From a virus: a stretch of 64,000 bases of DNA. Below are positions 60,401 through 64,000 of this stretch, one piece after another. Position numbers and translations under genes: made by a program. Every line of letters begins with the position of its first letter. The first letter of the stretch is position 1. The stretch lies in the IMG/VR virus record IMGVR_UViG_3300025949_000016. One strand, 5' to 3'. A model generated the notes under the pieces. That model ran no database searches. It was not told where the DNA came from and saw nothing but the letters and a program-made list of their open reading frames with translations.

Positions 60401-63400
60401 GTCTCTATTTCTTTTAGTCTCTTCATTAAAGTAAAAGAGATTTGTACCATTCTCTTGAGGTACTATTTTACCTGAGTATATTCCAATATAAGCTCTATTA
60501 AAATCTGTTCTAAAAGCAATAATAGCATTAATATCAGATTCTGAATGCTCAATATTTGGGCTCGGTAAATGCTGTAGTAAAATAGTAGCTTCTGGAATTT
60601 TAGCTTGAACCTCAGGATCAGTTAAACTATTATACATCTCTTCATAGGAAGACATATTAGATAATTGAAGTGCGAGATTATTCCAAGTCTTTGCATAATC
60701 ACAAAGTTTTGGAAAGCCATTTCCATCTAGCGCTATAGTAAACTTACCGTCTTTAAATTCAACTTCTGGAAGCATTCTTATTAAACTTCTAGTTTCAATG
60801 GATGCCGCTTTTATAGAAGATTGCTCATTACCAGAACGATCATATATTTTATCGCTAAATATAGCCTCATATTCCTCAGGAGATTCATCATTCATCTCTT
60901 GATCGAATTCATTAATCTCATAATTTTCTTGACCTTCTTCAGTATTCTCAGTTAAATCCTCTTCATTCTTTGGAACATCAATAGCTATTTCTCCTGGTAG
61001 TCGAGTAAATAATTTAGATTCTTTTCTGTGATATTGTACAAAATCTTCCCAATTAGTGAGAATACGATAAAGATCGTCAGCTAATTCTTCATTGATTTCT
61101 TCTCCCTGCTCTCCCTTTTCAAATAAAGGATTATAATACTTCTCAGCTATTTCTTCATAAATATTTTTATAAACTATTTCCTGAAGTTTCTTATTAGTTC
61201 TGAATTCACCTATTGGTCTTTTAGCTATAATTAATTCATTACCTAAAAAGTAATCAACCACACCTCGATAATAAGCTGCTTTTTGATTATTTACAATTTC
61301 TTCTCCTTTTTGATTTAATGCTTTAGAATTAAGTTTTCCCCACATGGCATTATTAATAGAAGGAGTATAATGACTTAAATTACCTTTATAAAGATCGTCA
61401 TATAATTTGGCAACATTAATATCACCAAAGAAGAACTTTTTAATAAAATCTAAAATACGTCTGAATATATTATTACGATAAGGTCTATCAACTAATCTAG
61501 ATTTACCATCTGATTCAGAATAATCTCTAAAATCATCTGCTATAAATTCTTCTAACTGAAAATCAGAAGCTGTTTTAGTATTTAGCTTGTTACCATCCCT
61601 ATCTACAAAATTAATATCTTTTTTTCTTGCTTCATCATATAAAGACCTTTTTTCTTTTTCAGTAAGAAATAATTGAGAGAAATGATGCCATTGCTCATGG
61701 TAAGCATCTCCTTCTCTAGCATCTCTATATAAAGAAATTCCAGCAGTTGTCCAAGTAGCTCTAGCATCTGAATTAATTATATCATTAACTCTTTTAGCAA
61801 CTTCCTCGCCAAAGGTTTTATTAACCTTATCTATTTCAGATTGTTGTAAAGGGCCTCTATTTTCTCTAGTATCTATTTTAGCTTCAAGAGATTCATATCC
61901 TTTTCTACCCTCTTTACTGATTTTTTTAAGAGGTTCTTTAGTTAATGTTTTATTTTCCTGTTGAACTTCTTTTCTTATAAGTGATGTAAATCCAAAGTTA
62001 CCTGGAAGATTAAGATATCGTTCCACAAACCTTTCGTCTAATTCATCACTGTCTCCTTTAAATGCATTTTCACCATTTTCTTTATACGCATCCCAAACTC
62101 TTATTACTCTTGAGTGAGTAATAATAGCTGTATTTTCAATGTCAGGATTTTCAGAGAATTCTTTATAAGCTTTTAATGCCCTATTTAAAAATGCTCTAAA
62201 AGTTTCTCCTAGCTTAATACCGTATTTTTCTGTAGCATCTGGATGAGTAACAAAATATTCCTCATCAAAAGATGAATTAGGTTTACTAGTAAACTTTCCA
62301 ATATTCCAAGTTTCTAGTAATTTATTAGTGTTAAGTTCATTTTTAGTATATTCACTAGGTCCTTTAGCGATACCAAGAACGTCTGCTACAAGTCTTGCAG
62401 TTTGCCTTGCACGCTCAATAGGAGAACTTATAATTTTCTTGATGTTAAATTTCTTAAGTTTCTCTCCTAAAGTTTTGGCCTCCTGAATACCTTGCTCATC
62501 TAATGGTACATCATTTTTACCAGAGTTTAAGCTTTGCCTATCTTCAGAGTTCTTAGCATGTCTAAATACAGGTATTTCATTTTTATTAAACTGCATGATT
62601 CTCTCTCCAGGAGGCGTACCTTCTTTTCTAGAAAGGTTTCTCTTCATGGATTCTGTAGAATCTAAAAAATCAAATATAGCATAACTATTAAGTCCAATAT
62701 AACGATTACCCTCTGAAGTTATAATAGGTATATCTCTTGTAGTAGAATTTTCAAATATAAATTTTTTATAATCATCATCTGTAATATATCCTATTTTATT
62801 ATCTTTTGTTAAAGTAAGCCTATCAAAAGTATTGTTTTCTATATTAAGTCTTACTATATTTAATCGCTGATTATCAATAAAAGTCTGGGCAACTTCGGGC
62901 TCTAATATTAGATTATTTTGAATTATCCTTAATATGAATTTTCCATTATCTAACTCTCTAATTATAATGCCAGGACGTTTAGATGTACCTAAGAAAAGTA
63001 ATTGTTCTAAGTAATCTTTTACTACATTAGCATCATTTTCGTCATCGTACTGATTACTTAATAGTTTAATAACATCTTGATATATATCCGGGATATCTGT
63101 AATCCTATTAGGTATTAATCTAATATAAGAAGTGGCATTCTCATGATTATCTATTACTTGTGCATATAGGCCACCATTTAATAAAGCCTTATTACCTACT
63201 AGAACATATTTATTCTTAAGAGGGTTTTCAGGATCAAATCTTTCTAATGGCGAAGGAGGTATGAATAAGCGACTATTTAAATTACTAGGAATAACATCAC
63301 TGGTCTTAATAGGATCTTTTGATTTGTTAGATACACCTGGAGTAACTGCTTTAATATCAACGTATACCTCTTTACCTTGGTCCGTTAGCTGTCTAGCTAA

Positions 63401-64000
63401 ACTTTGCTGCTGTTGCTCTAGTTCATATTGTGCAATGAAATCATCATAAGATTTTCCAGTACGATTTTCTCCTATAATGGCACGTAAAGCCTCTCCTTCT
63501 TTCCATTTTATACTATTAAATGAATAGACAAGAGGTTTCCATCCTTCTTTGGGTTCTGCAGAAGATTCATATAAAGGACTAAAATAAAGCGTATTACGAT
63601 CCATATCCGTAATAACAAGAACTGATCCATAAGGATTTCCTGATTCTAAATAGGCTTTTGTTTCTTCAGAATGAGGTAAATCTGCGTTATCTTTAATAAT
63701 CTTAGCATGAATACCTTCATTTGGAATACCGTCTTGTGTTAAGCGTCTAAGATAACCTTGCTTGAATTGCTTATAAGGATCTTCATCTAGCTGCCGATTA
63801 TAGTGTCCATTCTCATCAGTTAATTCTTCCTGTGTAACTGTTTTATTAGAACTTTCATAAGCTATATAAGAAAATGATTCTCCATCCAAATTTTCATCTG
63901 GTATTTCGTTAGTCTCAGGATTAAAGTCTTTAGATACATCACCTACTTCAGGATTTTCATCAGGAGTTTTTTCAGTACTTTCTTCTATATCGTCCTCGCT
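54464..64000 (-). CDS. Virion-associated RNA polymerase polyprotein (>3178 aa, 5' end outside window)
   Basis: YRIPTQ and AGSDFDIDKL (57377-57391) as in crAss-like vRNAPs; frame open from 64000 (SEDDIEES..), so the TTG at 63889 is not the real start. Confidence 0.9.
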   Translation of the reverse strand, partial: SEDDIEESTEKTPDENPEVGDVSKDFNPETNEIPDENLDGESFSYIAYESSNKTVTQEELTDENGHYNRQLDEDPYKQFKQGYLRRLTQDGIPNEGIHAKIIKDNADLPHSEETKAYLESGNPYGSVLVITDMDRNTLYFSPLYESSAEPKEGWKPLVYSFNSIKWKEGEALRAIIGENRTGKSYDDFIAQYELEQQQQSLARQLTDQGKEVYVDIKAVTPGVSNKSKDPIKTSDVIPSNLNSRLFIPPSPLERFDPENPLKNKYVLVGNKALLNGGLYAQVIDNHENATSYIRLIPNRITDIPDIYQDVIKLLSNQYDDENDANVVKDYLEQLLFLGTSKRPGIIIRELDNGKFILRIIQNNLILEPEVAQTFIDNQRLNIVRLNIENNTFDRLTLTKDNKIGYITDDDYKKFIFENSTTRDIPIITSEGNRYIGLNSYAIFDFLDSTESMKRNLSRKEGTPPGERIMQFNKNEIPVFRHAKNSEDRQSLNSGKNDVPLDEQGIQEAKTLGEKLKKFNIKKIISSPIERARQTARLVADVLGIAKGPSEYTKNELNTNKLLETWNIGKFTSKPNSSFDEEYFVTHPDATEKYGIKLGETFRAFLNRALKAYKEFSENPDIENTAIITHSRVIRVWDAYKENGENAFKGDSDELDERFVERYLNLPGNFGFTSLIRKEVQQENKTLTKEPLKKISKEGRKGYESLEAKIDTRENRGPLQQSEIDKVNKTFGEEVAKRVNDIINSDARATWTTAGISLYRDAREGDAYHEQWHHFSQLFLTEKEKRSLYDEARKKDINFVDRDGNKLNTKTASDFQLEEFIADDFRDYSESDGKSRLVDRPYRNNIFRRILDFIKKFFFGDINVAKLYDDLYKGNLSHYTPSINNAMWGKLNSKALNQKGEEIVNNQKAAYYRGVVDYFLGNELIIAKRPIGEFRTNKKLQEIVYKNIYEEIAEKYYNPLFEKGEQGEEINEELADDLYRILTNWEDFVQYHRKESKLFTRLPGEIAIDVPKNEEDLTENTEEGQENYEINEFDQEMNDESPEEYEAIFSDKIYDRSGNEQSSIKAASIETRSLIRMLPEVEFKDGKFTIALDGNGFPKLCDYAKTWNNLALQLSNMSSYEEMYNSLTDPEVQAKIPEATILLQHLPSPNIEHSESDINAIIAFRTDFNRAYIGIYSGKIVPQENGTNLFYFNEETKRNRDQVSRLWTNNFVGRLTTDPDVVNENILADPETGKYYLNPNKVLTYNMATPQGRDAFLKLVGFSFSEQTKKQPFYRNELSQYLKNIQDNINIRHQYGQRIFNPIFDLKSDMYGNGVFLAPGLQGTFNGLLFLEAKFSTEAPSLSYQTSEGEMIYGLSLNHTLSIVSNKINRARSYRDIINDPTTQYLDFTNNPYVKGSIFLEYLFDPKTGEKRDNNIIVGNYNGLKGEDKNGNTVGYSTTNLNVRQKAIFDLNSLLSRGAVEVMRTESSKSAYFIKLEKYKGKDKLDPSKAYLPVGISEFTASFGSPTFGHIMIDNYLTDELNRMKTADDVDIYKKNPQLLKEAKGFNLFRDILRLDIKDTEKLKNTLKSDLEKFSPKEVIQRNRNDIEKAIEFYFTDQLAKFKKLLLEENITHADLGTNITGKAFDQKIRAFLANDFILNVEYTKLFNGDTIYQVDYKDYFKRSKGDISTGKTPITDELFARHMQKSENNTFAGFMGSLVQNNYKTTRTVNFADDERASKYLEIYKKDLKAVNPSLSQNDLNKFLDKYGKLNIGDGQGWITLDFYRQFLKSINNWSDDQERMYKVELAKWRLAHADFNSNYSNEQKELDREFLQKNKDTYSYFPPLKIQYNGPIQATGTAAMVMDKFSVAPLIPSIIQNTPLEQVHNEMIKHGVGYAKFLSGTKKYKAPAYSLYNEDGFSGVDLSKADLSTHFLDYLKEQINTSPKIKEESIFGSQVRKLIEANIFSNGEASEQDTERHERYKSYIRGIVNLGKDALYKELSLKEEGGKLFIENMPKFISTIQAQADLRDLNDNIKDYIQYDESTKKMMFPLEASLNRRAIQDLIMGVIDRKLRIQKLSGDQLIQISSSGFQSNDFKYRNATEDEIKKYGTNGLKFYHMEYDENGKPLRTSKAQVKVALIGGFEKLLFKQHPDGENIGTLERLNEALKNDKWRNNNAKKISLIGYRIPTQGHNSIENLEVAEFLPPHAGSVAIVPAEIVAKAGSDFDIDKLSIFRPSLDDQGNLITDNSKEGYANKIIDLFSEILSDPKTFEKLIRPNDTDLIKGEVNQIAVDIGKRRQGDIDDPRPYSGTQIYRYQSNLRKFETLLSAKKLLAIFAVNNTFTTLMQQAGVTMNNHYQLTNSPVIRNVRLMLLSPKERDKVMKNGRINLGDKYSVDGTLKQDYLNQLINATVDAASDDFFGYVNASFENVNVLCHLINQGVPFDRAMRFLNQPALLRYYSDLRKKGVFESKTDIQARILGQLTDQNFYYTNEQGHLKLDYKEFNNAVNRVLNGKDIDKFYLSKDILKRTTVKQSKVDEFLSEQRNKSYNAIVFAYFISLQEQAQLFRNFQTLLNFDTTKISSPISVWQAFDAISNLGRNRMFNIEEFGKMLDKSVIAPFENRKLIATIGAQLMPVAFNPRFTQQIIPFINGQVQFKNRTIQRKTIGNIENQWIEYAVKSMAKIGDTALQRYGKYLTEGKNNVARRFNELISKYPGLKTDYSLVNRIRPNFSNKAQVKKSNIEIYRLFENTTDDQNRYIAEFRELINLDNSRKYTPMEADEIRKFFTDMAILGFVQSGFSKSNISYQELVPYEVLADIFKTAIKNLMKYVGNDPELMKDYSKEFIAQFNNLNGSTNIQSWRGRDYYLSPKISEEIAKKTGKINIIKHQIQTKSEPAPYENVVRKETKETKQVSIPFQLDNIKKILEGKKTTTTRNEAAARSIGLNPGETGIMKLGDTPFNVHYRGMLNITEAGGQKAILQSEGVNSVNDFKFQQTKDWFNGKGKLAVYDISPVAPSNPQIEQKQLLETPIKTERQYWPGEEVGENESEFKQALGKAEFKLMMDQLSNYEPEFYDAPLDTKPDNLHEESVTTRLTPENFENFWKLYQKFGDSLLSEYETLEDLIKDLKSITNDKFDLIYPTITKALEAYQNDEVPEENLEEVERVLSEYGLLRYKNIDEFNPNQLKLFTDEEYEQMLKNCK

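Larger units (their letters stand above)
1..64000. mobile_element. Segment of a crAss-like (Crassvirales-type) bacteriophage genome, Bacteroidota host
   Basis: Giant virion RNAP with GSDFDIDK motif next to another giant cargo protein; family B polymerase, DnaB-like helicase, TOPRIM primase; dense overlapping small genes; Bacteroidota sigma-A-type promoters; no host housekeeping genes or integrase seen. Confidence 0.9.

Noticed and set aside
47800-63449. Short ORFs nested in the two giant genes
   Set aside because: Antisense or out-of-frame shadows without independent support
63887-63889. TTG start for the vRNAP
   Set aside because: The frame stays open to the window edge
1-64000. Stop-codon reassignment as in some crAss-like phages
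   Set aside because: Genes up to 9.5 kb are intact in code 11, and TAA, TGA and TAG all occur as real stops with tight gene packing
1-64000. tRNA genes, CRISPR array, DGR/retron reverse transcriptase, integrase
   Set aside because: No cloverleaf, spaced repeat array, RT (YxDD) protein or recombinase recognised by eye; the 29-bp repeat has only two copies, 1.2 kb apart and inside ORFs

Overview
64 kb from an AT-rich lytic phage genome of crAss-like (Crassvirales-type) architecture. The host is probably an environmental Bacteroidota: promoters are TTTG-N19/20-TAnnTTTG, 5' UTRs are A/T-rich without Shine-Dalgarno sites, and signal peptides have Gln at +1. The genetic code is standard. Block 1 (1-15.6 kb, minus) encodes fibre/spike/Ig-like proteins and a holin-like gene; five of these proteins carry Sec signal peptides. 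Block 2 (15.7-47.1 kb, plus) holds small early genes with three paralogue families, replication genes (DnaB-like helicase, Sak4-like ATPase, SSB, primase, resolvase, dUTPase, MazG-like, PolB) and a ~10-kb amide/peptide-ligase cluster. That cluster comprises a GGCT, an ATP-grasp gene split by a group I intron with a GIY-YIG endonuclease, a class II GATase, two COOH-NH2 ligases, two class I GATases and GNATs. Block 3 (47.1-64 kb, minus) encodes two giant virion-cargo proteins, including a >3178-aa virion RNA polymerase (DFDID) with inserted His-phosphatase, zincin and ASCH-like domains. Best candidates for undescribed biology: an inverted cassette of own promoter + ~340-nt structured RNA + DUF559 nuclease + RNase HI (17279-18426); the secreted fibre module; the ligase cluster; and an exact 29-bp repeat flanking a second structured RNA near the convergent strand switch. 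All family assignments come from motif recognition by eye; no searches or folding programs were run.
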